Below are positions 8,558 through 16,672 of a DNA stretch of 64,000 nt, one piece after another. The DNA comes from a bacterium. GTDB lineage: Bacteria; Patescibacteriota; Patescibacteriia; Patescibacteriales; GWC2-42-12. The notes below the pieces were generated by a model that saw only the letters and a program-made list of their open reading frames with translations, did not search any database and was not told the DNA's origin. Every line of letters starts with the position of its first letter. Within the stretch, counting starts at the first letter, position 1. A program made the translations under genes and the position numbers. The stretch is taken from positions 850-64,849 of the forward strand of contig JAUSGE010000020.1 of NCBI GenBank assembly GCA_030649205.1. The letters run 5' to 3'.

Positions 8558-9505
8558 TTATCTTGCCGGTACCGGCACAGGCCTGGGCTTCAGATTATCC
8601 TGCGCGCCAATCCCCTGCTTTAGGCACTGGTAGCCGGCATCGTGCAGCCAGCGCTTGTCAATAAAATAATACTTGCCGCTGTCCTGGCTCGCTTGCTTAT
8701 TGGAAGTTTTAAAAGTCGCGCACAGCTCGTAAGCATCTTTGCCGTCAATTTTATAATCAAAAATTTTATTGGTCGCCGGATCGGTTAAATCATTGTCAGT
8801 TAAATAATAAAGCGCGCCATTATTAAGCAGGGCTGGCAAATCCGCCGGCAGTTGGCCGTTTTCGCTGTAATAGGCGTTAATCGCGCTGTCAATCTGGTTG
8901 AACTTATTGATGATCGTCTCATCAAATTTACGGCTTCTGACCGCGAAGGGCGATTCCACGAAGAAAAATCCGCTGACCAGCGCCGCCAGGACCAAAGCCA
9001 TGCCGCCGTAATAATAGGCGCGGATGAGATGATTATTTTTTGTCACCTCCGGCCTTTTAATGTCATACAAATAAAAACTGAAAATCGCGGCGGCGATAAA
9101 AATCGCGGTAGCGGATTTTAAAATGAATTTAGCGGTCAGCTCGCCGTTAAGGAAACTATTGAGCGTGGCAATCAGCCAGCCGATCATTACCACGGCGCTG
9201 ACCAGCAAAATAAAATAAGTCAGCCACTTTCTGATACCCGACTCTTTCTCTAATTTTCCGGCCAAGAGATTCTTGTTAATCAGCCGTATCATGACAAAAT
9301 AAACCGGCGCGGCGATCACAATGGCGGAGATGGCAAATTTCAACGCGTCCTGGCTAAAGCCGCCCGGCGCGCTGGATAAAAGATCAACAATTTTTTTATT
9401 AATAATTTGAAACACAATCATGCCTGCCGCCACGGCCGTGAACACCAAAGCCACTAAGGACAGCATGTAAAAAAAAGCGAATTTGGCGTTTTGTTGTTTA
9501 TCCAT
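8558..9505 (-). CDS. Hypothetical multi-pass membrane protein with a C-terminal soluble domain
   Basis: About 6 hydrophobic helices in the first 190 aa, then a hydrophilic Cys-containing domain. No family assigned. Confidence 0.5.
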   Translation of the reverse strand: MDKQQNAKFAFFYMLSLVALVFTAVAAGMIVFQIINKKIVDLLSSAPGGFSQDALKFAISAIVIAAPVYFVMIRLINKNLLAGKLEKESGIRKWLTYFILLVSAVVMIGWLIATLNSFLNGELTAKFILKSATAIFIAAAIFSFYLYDIKRPEVTKNNHLIRAYYYGGMALVLAALVSGFFFVESPFAVRSRKFDETIINKFNQIDSAINAYYSENGQLPADLPALLNNGALYYLTDNDLTDPATNKIFDYKIDGKDAYELCATFKTSNKQASQDSGKYYFIDKRWLHDAGYQCLKQGIGAQDNLKPRPVPVPAR

Positions 9506-9536
9506 ATATGTTATTTAGTTATAAATTTATATAAAG

Positions 9537-9628
9537 GCAGCTGGCTGAAATTAGTGATTTTTGAAGTGAGGACTGTTTGAGCGAAGCGAGTTCCGCAACG
9601 AGAAAATCAATGATTTCAGCCAGCTGCC
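9537..9628. repeat. Foldback element, family 3 (core GAGGACTGTTTGAGCGAAGCGAGTTCCGCAACGAG)
   Basis: Copy-specific outer stem ggcagctggctgaaat/atttcagccagctgcc around a core shared with 13087..13175. Confidence 0.85.
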
Positions 9629-9645
9629 AATTAGCCGCGTAATCG

Positions 9646-11472
9646 TCATTTTAATTTAATATTCAACTCTTTCAATTGCTTTTCGTCAACTTCGCTCGGG
9701 CTGTCGGTCATTAAGTCCTTGCCTTTACCGTCTTTGGGAAAAGCGTAAATGTCGCGGATTGATTCCCAGTCGTTTAAAACCATTAAAATCCGGTCCACGC
9801 CCGGCGCGTTGCCGCCATGGGGCGGGGCTCCGTATTCAAAGGCGCGAATCATGGCGCCGAATTTTTTGTCCACTTCTTCGCGGCTGTAGCCGGCGATAGC
9901 GAAAGCTTTATACATAATTTCCGGCTCATGATTTCTAATGGCGCCGGAAGAAACTTCAAAACCGTTTAAAACCAAATCATATTGATAAGCTAAAATTTCC
10001 AGCGGCTGCTTATTTTCCAGCGCTTCCAGACCGCCTTGCGGCATGGAAAAAGGATTATGGCCGAAATCAATCCGGCCTTCTTCAATTTCCGAGAAGTCAT
10101 ACATGGGAAAATCAATGATCCAGCACCAAGCCGCTTTAGCGTTGTCTTTCAGTCCCAGCCTCTGCGCGCAGTCATTCCTCACCGCGCCCAAACTTAAGCA
10201 AACCGTTTTCCAGGAGTCGGCGCCGAAAAAAATTATATCACCGGCTTCGGCTTTTACTTCTTTAACAATCGCTTGCGCCAGTTCATCGCCTAAAAATTTT
10301 ACAATCGGCGATTGCAGATCAAACTTTTTGGAGGTTGAACCTCCACTTGGAGGTTCAACCTCCTTTAATCCTTTTACCACAATATACGCCAGCCCTTTAG
10401 CGCCTTTAGCCTTGGCAATTTCAGTAATCTCATCAATTTCCTTACGCGAAAATTTAGCGCCGCCGTCAATTTTTAAAGCATGTACCACGCCGCCGGCTTT
10501 AATAGCATCGCTGAACACGGCGAAGCCGCAGTCTCTGATTAGATCAGTAATCGGCGCAATTTCCATTTCAAAGCGCAAATCCGGCTTGTCCGTGCCGTAT
10601 TTTTCCATGGCCTCGCGCCAAGAAATTCTTTGAAAGCGTCCGTCTTTTTCCAAAGCAACTAATTTTTTATCTGAAAACTTGTTCGTCACTTCCTTCCATA
10701 ATGGCTCCATAATTTCCCAAATATCCTCCTGCGCCACAAAACTCATTTCCATATCCAGCTGGTAAAACTCGCCGTAATGGCGGTCCAGGCGCGGATCTTC
10801 GTCGCGGAAGCAGGGCGCGATTTGAAAATATTTATCCAAGCCGCCCACCATCAGTAATTGCTTAAACTGCTGGGGCGCCTGAGGCAGGGCGTAAAATTTT
10901 CCCGGGTAGATTCGCGACGGTACTAAAAAGTCGCGCGCGCCTTCGGGCGACGAGTTGGCCAGGATCGGCGTCTGCACTTCAACGAAATCACGCTCATGAA
11001 AATATTTTCTGATAAAGCCGAAAAAATCATCCTTTACTTTTAACATTTCCTGCAGTTTGGGCCGCCGCAGATCAACGAAGCGGTATTTTAACCTTAAGGC
11101 TTCATTGGCTTCAGCGCTTTTCTCTTCATTCAATTCAAAGGGGGGAGTTTTGGAGCGGGATAAAATTTCAATCTCCGCGCAATCTATTTCAATCTCGCCG
11201 GTCGGCAATTTCGGGTTCACCATCTCAGCCGGCCTGGCCGTTACTTTGCCTTTAACTTTTATCACCCACTCATGGCGCAATTTATCAGCTTGGCTAAAAG
11301 CCTGGCGGCTGGTTTCCGGATCAAAAGTCAATTGCGTCAGGCCGTAGCGGTCGCGCAGATCAATAAAAATCAAGCCGCCATGGTCGCGCCGGCTATGCAC
11401 CCAGCCGCAAAGTTCCACGCTTTGGCCGGCTTGTTTTTTAGTCAGTTCCCCGCAAGTATGAGTTCTTAACAT
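9646..11472 (-). CDS. aspS: Aspartyl-tRNA synthetase (bacterial type with insertion domain)
   Basis: LRTHTCGELT start, an OB-fold N-domain, and the class II motifs FRDED..LDRHYGEFYQLDME and GGNAPGVDR. Confidence 0.95.
   Translation of the reverse strand: MLRTHTCGELTKKQAGQSVELCGWVHSRRDHGGLIFIDLRDRYGLTQLTFDPETSRQAFSQADKLRHEWVIKVKGKVTARPAEMVNPKLPTGEIEIDCAEIEILSRSKTPPFELNEEKSAEANEALRLKYRFVDLRRPKLQEMLKVKDDFFGFIRKYFHERDFVEVQTPILANSSPEGARDFLVPSRIYPGKFYALPQAPQQFKQLLMVGGLDKYFQIAPCFRDEDPRLDRHYGEFYQLDMEMSFVAQEDIWEIMEPLWKEVTNKFSDKKLVALEKDGRFQRISWREAMEKYGTDKPDLRFEMEIAPITDLIRDCGFAVFSDAIKAGGVVHALKIDGGAKFSRKEIDEITEIAKAKGAKGLAYIVVKGLKEVEPPSGGSTSKKFDLQSPIVKFLGDELAQAIVKEVKAEAGDIIFFGADSWKTVCLSLGAVRNDCAQRLGLKDNAKAAWCWIIDFPMYDFSEIEEGRIDFGHNPFSMPQGGLEALENKQPLEILAYQYDLVLNGFEVSSGAIRNHEPEIMYKAFAIAGYSREEVDKKFGAMIRAFEYGAPPHGGNAPGVDRILMVLNDWESIRDIYAFPKDGKGKDLMTDSPSEVDEKQLKELNIKLK
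10330..10363. repeat. 34-bp perfect palindrome inside the aspS coding sequence
   Basis: ggaggttgaacctcc-actt-ggaggttcaacctcc, translated in frame as EVEPPSGGSTS. Confidence 0.9.
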
Positions 11473-11507
11473 ATAATTATATTAACTTACTTTACTAATA
11501 CTTGCAA

Positions 11508-11540
11508 GACACTCGGTGTCCCCAAAGGACACCGAGTGTC
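11508..11540. repeat. Hairpin repeat, family 4 (GACACTCGGTGTCC-loop-GGACACCGAGTGTC)
   Basis: 14-bp perfect arms. Other copies are at 12170..12200 (inside recO) and 36095..36125 (with a compensatory A/T to G/C change). Confidence 0.9.
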
Positions 11541-11551
11541 CACTATTTTTT

Positions 11552-11582
11552 GGCTCCATAGTCCCGCAAGGGCTGTGGAGCC
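11552..11582. repeat. Hairpin repeat, family 5 (GGCTCCATAGTCCCG...GGGCTGTGGAGCC)
   Basis: A second copy in inverted orientation lies at 16406..16435. Confidence 0.85.
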
Positions 11583-11600
11583 GACATGGCATTCAGCGAA

Positions 11601-11647
11601 CAAAAAAACTGGCTGCGTTAGTACGAATTGCGTACTGCTGCAGCCAG
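11601..11647 (-). terminator. Rho-independent terminator of the recO-orf61 unit
   Basis: The minus strand reads ctggctgcagcagtacg-caatt-cgtactaacgcagccag followed by TTTTTTTG. Confidence 0.7.
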
Positions 11648-11660
11648 TCAAGGGTGCCGT

Positions 11661-11846
11661 TTAAAATACTACACTTATTTGCCCGTTAAATGGGGCCGGC
11701 GTTGCCCAGGTCAGTTGGACTTTAGGTTCTACTTCACGAACTCTTGCCGCAACTCCAAACGCATCAGCCAGAGTCATCTTAAGCTCAATGCCCTCCTTGT
11801 CCTTTGCGCCTGTCAGAGTAACGTCCAAAACATTCTCCTGCTTCAT
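11661..11846 (-). CDS. Hypothetical small protein (61 aa from the ATG; the track ORF starts 9 nt earlier)
   Basis: AAGGAGG lies 8 nt upstream of ATG AAG CAG. The gene starts 16 nt after the recO stop and is followed by a terminator. Confidence 0.5.
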   Translation of the reverse strand: MKQENVLDVTLTGAKDKEGIELKMTLADAFGVAARVREVEPKVQLTWATPAPFNGQISVVF

Positions 11847-11861
11847 CTCACTCACCTCCTT

Positions 11862-12578
11862 TCATCCTTGATAATATTGAAAAAAACAATTAACGATATT
11901 CATAATTTCTTTTTCCAGCCTATCACTAATCTTAATTTTTATCAACCCCGCTAATTTACAGCTGATTGCCAGCCGTAAAAGCTTAATGGCATCGTCGCTA
12001 ATCTCCAGGCTGCCAGAGTTTGATGGACAATTGCTACAAAACAATCCGCCTTTGGCCGGATTAAAAAAATTATGCCCGGGCATAATTTTTTTACCGCAAC
12101 CCAGGCAATTATCCAGCTCCGGCCTATAGCCCAGCTCAACCAATAATTTTAAAATAAAAAAACTATTAAGACACTCGGCGTCCAGTGGACACCGAGTGTC
12201 CAAATTCAGCAGTTGCAAAAAATCTTTCAACAGCGCAAACAGGCCTTGATCAGCTTCACCAGCCTTAACTAATTTATTAAACACGCCAACCGCCTGTCCG
12301 GCAATAGTTAACTTATCCAGATCATTTTTAATCCGGCCAAAACATTCCTGACTGACGGCCGCGCCCGCGTAGTCATGCCGCCGCCCGCGCACCGCCATAA
12401 TATCAACTAATGTCATCGGCTCAAGATGACCGGCCAGCTTGGATTTTATCTTTTTCAGGCCGCGCACTGTTAAGTCCAGCTTGCCTCGCTCCAGCGAGTA
12501 GACCGTTACTCGCCCGTCGTCTTCCGCGTACGGCCGGCGATTTAAAACTATGGCAGTTAAATTATAAGTCTCATCCAT
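11862..12578 (-). CDS. recO: DNA repair protein RecO
   Basis: N-terminal OB-fold region (LTAIVLNRRPYAEDDGRVTVYSLERGKL) and the zinc motif CLGCGKK...CSNC. Confidence 0.8.
   Translation of the reverse strand: MDETYNLTAIVLNRRPYAEDDGRVTVYSLERGKLDLTVRGLKKIKSKLAGHLEPMTLVDIMAVRGRRHDYAGAAVSQECFGRIKNDLDKLTIAGQAVGVFNKLVKAGEADQGLFALLKDFLQLLNLDTRCPLDAECLNSFFILKLLVELGYRPELDNCLGCGKKIMPGHNFFNPAKGGLFCSNCPSNSGSLEISDDAIKLLRLAISCKLAGLIKIKISDRLEKEIMNIVNCFFQYYQG
12170..12200. repeat. Family 4 hairpin repeat inside the recO coding sequence
   Basis: gacactcggcgtcc-agt-ggacaccgagtgtc, read in frame as LDTRCPLDAEC. Confidence 0.9.
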
Positions 12579-12584
12579 TAGATT

Positions 12585-12658
12585 TTCTTTCTACCCGGCT
12601 TTAGCCGGAGTTAAAAAATCAATTGAAGATAACTGCCAGCTAAAGCTGGGTAGAAATT
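12585..12658. repeat. Inverted pair of REP-like units (family 6, TTTCTRCCCGGCTTYAGCCGG)
   Basis: ttctttctacccggctttagccgg ... ccagctaaagctgggtagaaa. Confidence 0.85.
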
Positions 12659-12661
12659 AGC

Positions 12662-13066
12662 TTATTTTTTATCCAGCCAGCTTTGCAAAATAAGCATAGC
12701 CGCGATTTCGTCGCGCGAGGCTTTAGTTTTTTTATCCCCGGGCAAAGCGTCCGCCGCCTTGCTTGACAAGCGCTCGTCCACCAGTTCAATCGGCGCGTTT
12801 ATTTTACTTTTCAGTTCAGTAATAAATTTTTCAAATTCATCGGAGATTGGATATTGTCTGGCTTCGCCAGATCTGGCATAGCCAGAGATATTAACAAGTG
12901 GGTACGGCTTGCCAATTACTATCAAATCCACCTCTTCGCTTTCCGCCACAGACACCACCTCCCCCAAATTACCCACGGTCTTAAACGGCGTGGCAATTTT
13001 AGTTTCACTGTCAGCCAGCGCTAGACCAATCCTTTTTTTTCCCCAATCAATGCCCAAATATTTCAT
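12662..13066 (-). CDS. ruvX: Holliday-junction-resolvase-like nuclease YqgF/RuvX
   Basis: YLGIDWGKKRIGLALAD N-terminus and the size are typical of YqgF. Confidence 0.85.
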   Translation of the reverse strand: MKYLGIDWGKKRIGLALADSETKIATPFKTVGNLGEVVSVAESEEVDLIVIGKPYPLVNISGYARSGEARQYPISDEFEKFITELKSKINAPIELVDERLSSKAADALPGDKKTKASRDEIAAMLILQSWLDKK

Positions 13067-13086
13067 AAAAATTTTTTTATAATTTA

Positions 13087-13175
13087 ACGCCTGCCTGGCA
13101 TTTGTTTTTTCAAGCGAGGACTGTTTGAGCGCAGCGAGTTCCGCAGCGAAGAAAAAATAATGTCAGGCAGGCGTT
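13087..13175. repeat. Foldback element, family 3, second copy
   Basis: Outer stem aacgcctgcctg/caggcaggcgtt around the core gaggactgtttgagcgcagcgagttccgcagcgaag. Confidence 0.85.
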
Positions 13176-13186
13176 ATTAATGTTAT

Positions 13187-13960
13187 TTATTCATACCTCG
13201 TCAGCACCTCATGCCCGCTTTCCGTCACGACTACCGTGTGTTCAAACTGCGCGCTCAAGGAGCCATCAGCCGTTAAAATCGTCAGCCCGTCCGCGGCTTC
13301 TTTGACGCGCCAATCGCCGGCATTGACCATGGGTTCAATGGCCAGCACCATGCCTGGCTTTAAAATAATTTTCTTGTTATACGACAACTCATAGTTGGGT
13401 ATCTGCGGCTCTTCATGCAGGCCGTAGCCCACGCCATGGCCCACTAAATCCCGCACCACGGAAAAACCGCCGGCTAAGACATGTTGTTCAATCGCCTTGC
13501 CAATGTTATTTAAATTATTGCCCGGCCGGACCTGCTCAAGCCCCAGCTCCAGCGCCTGCTTGGTAATTTTGATCAATCTTTGCGCTTCGCGGCTGGCTTT
13601 GCCCGTGGCCGCGGTCGCGGCCATATCTGTATACAAACCTTGATATTGCATGCCGATATCAATATTTATAATATCGCCGGATTTTAGCTGGCGCGGCGGC
13701 AATGACGGCGCGTGCACTACTTCGTTGTTAACGCAAGCACAAAGCGCCGTAGGAAACGGCTGATCATTCTTTTTGGACTTATAACCTTTAAAAGACGGCC
13801 TGCCGCCCGCCTCTCTGATCAAATTATCGGCCATTTGCTCCAACTGGCCGGTGCTCGCGCCGGGTTTTATTTCAGCCAGCAGCTTTTTCATAATACCGCC
13901 TAATATTTTTCCGCCTTGGCGCAGTATTTCTATTTCATTTTCTTTCTTTATGGTAATCAT
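13187..13960 (-). CDS. map: Methionine aminopeptidase, type I
   Basis: The metal-ligand context DIINIDIG, VGHGVG, LAIEP and FEHTV. Confidence 0.95.
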   Translation of the reverse strand: MITIKKENEIEILRQGGKILGGIMKKLLAEIKPGASTGQLEQMADNLIREAGGRPSFKGYKSKKNDQPFPTALCACVNNEVVHAPSLPPRQLKSGDIINIDIGMQYQGLYTDMAATAATGKASREAQRLIKITKQALELGLEQVRPGNNLNNIGKAIEQHVLAGGFSVVRDLVGHGVGYGLHEEPQIPNYELSYNKKIILKPGMVLAIEPMVNAGDWRVKEAADGLTILTADGSLSAQFEHTVVVTESGHEVLTRYE

Positions 13961-14074
13961 AACTAAAACAAATTTTTAATTTTATAATTTTTAAAAAATT
14001 AAAGCATTTAAAATTATTTATAAAATTACAAAATTCAAAAATTAATAATTCTACCGTATCATCACAAAAATCAG

Positions 14075-14737
14075 CTAGACAAGCTTCAATCCACTCAATT
14101 CCTCCATTATATCTTTATGTATTTTAGCAATCGCCTGCTCCCCGTTAATCTTAATCAGCTTACCCTGTTTTTTAAAGTAGTCAAGCAGAGGTTCGCCGTC
14201 ATGATGATAGACTTTCAAACGATGAGCGATAACTTTTGGTTTGTCGTCGTTTCTGGTGAACAGCTGGCCGCCGCAGATGTCGCAAAGGCCGTTATTGATG
14301 GGCGGGTTGTAGGCCAGATGATAAACTTTGCCGCAAGCGCACAGGCGGCGCTGGCCCAGGCGCCGTTTCACTTCGCGGTCGCTTACCGCCACTTCCAAAG
14401 CATAGATCTGATCTTTCTTCTTGAATATTTTGGCAAAAATCATAAGCAGTTCTTTTAACTGTCCGCGGTTCCTGGGAAAGCCGTCAAAAATAAAACCGCT
14501 GGCCTTTTGTTTTAAACTTTTTTCCACTAAACTGGCAGTCACCTTGCCAGGCACCAGTTTTCCCTGCTTAATATATCTATCCGCCAATATTCCCAGCTTA
14601 GTTTTAGCCGCGATTTCGGCGCGGAATAAATCGCCGGTGGAAATTTTTTTCCAGCCGGTCAGCTTGGCGAGCATTTCAGCCTGCGTGCCCTTGCCCGAGC
14701 CGGGCGGACCGAAAAAAATAACTATTGTTTTTGGCAT
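14075..14737 (-). CDS. adk: Adenylate kinase (zinc-lid type)
   Basis: P-loop GPPGSGKGTQ and the lid cysteines CACGKVYH...CDICGG. Confidence 0.95.
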   Translation of the reverse strand: MPKTIVIFFGPPGSGKGTQAEMLAKLTGWKKISTGDLFRAEIAAKTKLGILADRYIKQGKLVPGKVTASLVEKSLKQKASGFIFDGFPRNRGQLKELLMIFAKIFKKKDQIYALEVAVSDREVKRRLGQRRLCACGKVYHLAYNPPINNGLCDICGGQLFTRNDDKPKVIAHRLKVYHHDGEPLLDYFKKQGKLIKINGEQAIAKIHKDIMEELSGLKLV

Positions 14738-14842
14738 AAATATTCATGCCCCCTTTAACAAATGCCCGTCTCGCCAGCCTCGCCGAGTCTAGGCGGGCCG
14801 AAGGCTCGCCGAGGCGGAGGGTTAGGGGGATTTTATTTACTT

Positions 14843-15412
14843 TTAACCTTTTTTATTAATACTAATCGTGGCTTGTCCGGTATTGCCGGCGGAAATTGCC
14901 GCGTCTTTTTTAATTCCTAATCTTTCCAGGCCGATTTTCCCTTTGTCAGCCCAGTCGGCCGAAATACTGCCTTTAGGTCTGGCCACCCCGATGCCTGGAC
15001 GGCCGCTTGCTTCAGCCACTCCAACCTTGGCCCCGCCATATTGATATCTTTTAAAATCCGTATCAAGCGCCTGCCGGTATTTTGGCACCGACGGCTTTTC
15101 TTTTTTTTCAGAAACAGGCTTGGCCGCATGTTCATTTTTCGCGTGATCTTTAATTAATTCCATTATTGCCTTTCTCTTTTTTTCTTGCGAACCGGCTATG
15201 CCGTATTTATACTGTAATTCCCGATTGACGGTATAAGGCATCTTTCCTTTGGCTATCTTAATTAATGTCGATTGTAAATTTGTTCCTCTCTGGTTACCGC
15301 CAGCCGCTTTTACTCCATTCTTGTTTCCTTTAAAATAAACGCCACCCACCTTGCTTAATTTATCCAAGCTGAATTTTTTTCTTAAACCAAACTCGCCAAA
15401 TTTTTGCGCCAT
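14843..15412 (-). CDS. Hypothetical Lys/Gly-rich protein (track ORF extends to 15484; start at M25 avoids overlap)
   Basis: Open frame with no recognisable family. Located between secY and adk, where no gene is normally expected. Confidence 0.45.
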   Translation of the reverse strand: MAQKFGEFGLRKKFSLDKLSKVGGVYFKGNKNGVKAAGGNQRGTNLQSTLIKIAKGKMPYTVNRELQYKYGIAGSQEKKRKAIMELIKDHAKNEHAAKPVSEKKEKPSVPKYRQALDTDFKRYQYGGAKVGVAEASGRPGIGVARPKGSISADWADKGKIGLERLGIKKDAAISAGNTGQATISINKKG

Positions 15413-15437
15413 ATTTTTTGTTGCCTTATAAAACAAA

Positions 15438-16352
15438 CTACGCATTGCCATTTTCCGCTTTAGACTTATAGAAAAAATAACCAACTACGCCGAAAGTGGC
15501 GGCCGGTGACAGCCAAGAAGGAATATGCCAGTCGAAACTGTCCAATAGCATGATTGAACCCAGCACCAGAATGGAATACATGGCGCCGTTTTTCAAATAC
15601 AGGTATTTTTTTATCCGGCCGATATTGCCCATGGTAAGCTGGCGCACCACTAAAGCGCCGATGCCGTTGCCCAGCAAAATCAGTGGCACGGACAAAGTAA
15701 ATGCGAAGGCGCCTAAAACTCCGTCAATGGAAAAAGTCGCGTCAATCACTTCCAGATAAAGTATCTTGCTCATGTCCGACAAGTGGCTTTTGGCCAAATC
15801 CTTTTCCCTTTGCTCGGCGTTTTGCTTAAAGCCGTGGGTAATGAAAAAAGCGGTGGAACCGATAACCGCGCCGAAAGCCAAGAGCGGATTTTTACTTAAA
15901 GCCAGCCAGACAATAGCCGCCAGAATCACGGACACAACCGAAAAAAACCAAATGCCGTTTTCATAAAAAAATTTTTCACCCCGCAATCCGAAATTTTTTG
16001 CTTCCAAAAATAGCCAATGAAAAAATAAAAAAATCAGGAATACGCCGCCGCCGATTAATAATATGGGCGCTGATTTTTCCACGGCCGCCGTTACTCTTGA
16101 ATCGCTGGAAAAAGTGGCGGTTACTGCCTCAATCGGCCCCAATCCGGGCGTGGCCAGCCAAACAATTAGCCAGGGCAAAAGCCCCCTGATTAAAAACACC
16201 GCGATTATGATCCCCCAAAGCAAAAACCAGCGCCGCGCTTTAGCGGCCATAGTGGACAGCACCTCGGCGTTAATAATGGCATTGTCAATGCTGGAAATTA
16301 CTTCAAACAAGCACAAACCGGCGACTGTTAAAATTATTGGGAACAAACCCAT
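15438..16352 (-). CDS. Integral membrane protein, DUF475/TerC-like
   Basis: About 8 predicted helices. The N-terminal FEVISSIDNAIINAEVL resembles the DUF475/TerC superfamily signature. Family call from memory. Confidence 0.55.
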   Translation of the reverse strand: MGLFPIILTVAGLCLFEVISSIDNAIINAEVLSTMAAKARRWFLLWGIIIAVFLIRGLLPWLIVWLATPGLGPIEAVTATFSSDSRVTAAVEKSAPILLIGGGVFLIFLFFHWLFLEAKNFGLRGEKFFYENGIWFFSVVSVILAAIVWLALSKNPLLAFGAVIGSTAFFITHGFKQNAEQREKDLAKSHLSDMSKILYLEVIDATFSIDGVLGAFAFTLSVPLILLGNGIGALVVRQLTMGNIGRIKKYLYLKNGAMYSILVLGSIMLLDSFDWHIPSWLSPAATFGVVGYFFYKSKAENGNA

Positions 16353-16405
16353 ATAAAAATATTATATCACATTTCAGCCAAATTGCCATAAACATAAACA
16401 AGAAC

Positions 16406-16435
16406 GGCTCCACAGCCCTTCGGGACTATGGAGCC
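16406..16435. repeat. Family 5 hairpin repeat (inverted copy)
   Basis: ggctccacagcccttcgggactatggagcc. Confidence 0.85.
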
Positions 16436-16448
16436 AATAAGTTATATA

Positions 16449-16665
16449 GATTAATTCCTGAGTTTTACGAGCAGACATATGATTTTTAGGCTGAATTTGC
16501 CGTTAAAAAAATGGCATGTTTGAGGCCGAGGCTACTGCCGAGGCCGAGTTTGCCATTTTTAGGCAAATTCAGCTGTGCCGGAGGCAAAAATCATCCTGGA
16601 TGCGAGTAAATTCAGGAATTAATCCGTTCCACATATTTTAACTCCGGCTGAAGCCGGGTAGAAAA
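16449..16665. repeat. Foldback element, family 7 (GATTAATTCCTGA...TTCAGGAATTAATC) with a nested palindrome and a terminal REP-like unit
   Basis: Termini gattaattcctgag / ttcaggaattaatc. The inner ggctgaatttgcc...ggcaaattcagc palindrome is absent from the copy at 41941. It ends with aactccggctgaagccgggtagaaaat. Confidence 0.85.
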
Positions 16666-16672
16666 TATATTT

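Noticed and set aside
10043-10633. Long antisense ORFs inside aspS, rpsC (23572..24159), rplC (27424..28053), rplD (26887..27402), tuf, fusA, secY and other genes.
   Set aside because: These are shadow ORFs on the strand opposite to strongly supported conserved genes. They are low complexity, have no SD, and have no family resemblance.
11628-11954. Plus-strand ORF 11628..11954.
   Set aside because: It is antisense to the recO 3' end and to the SD-supported minus-strand small ORF. It starts inside a terminator hairpin.
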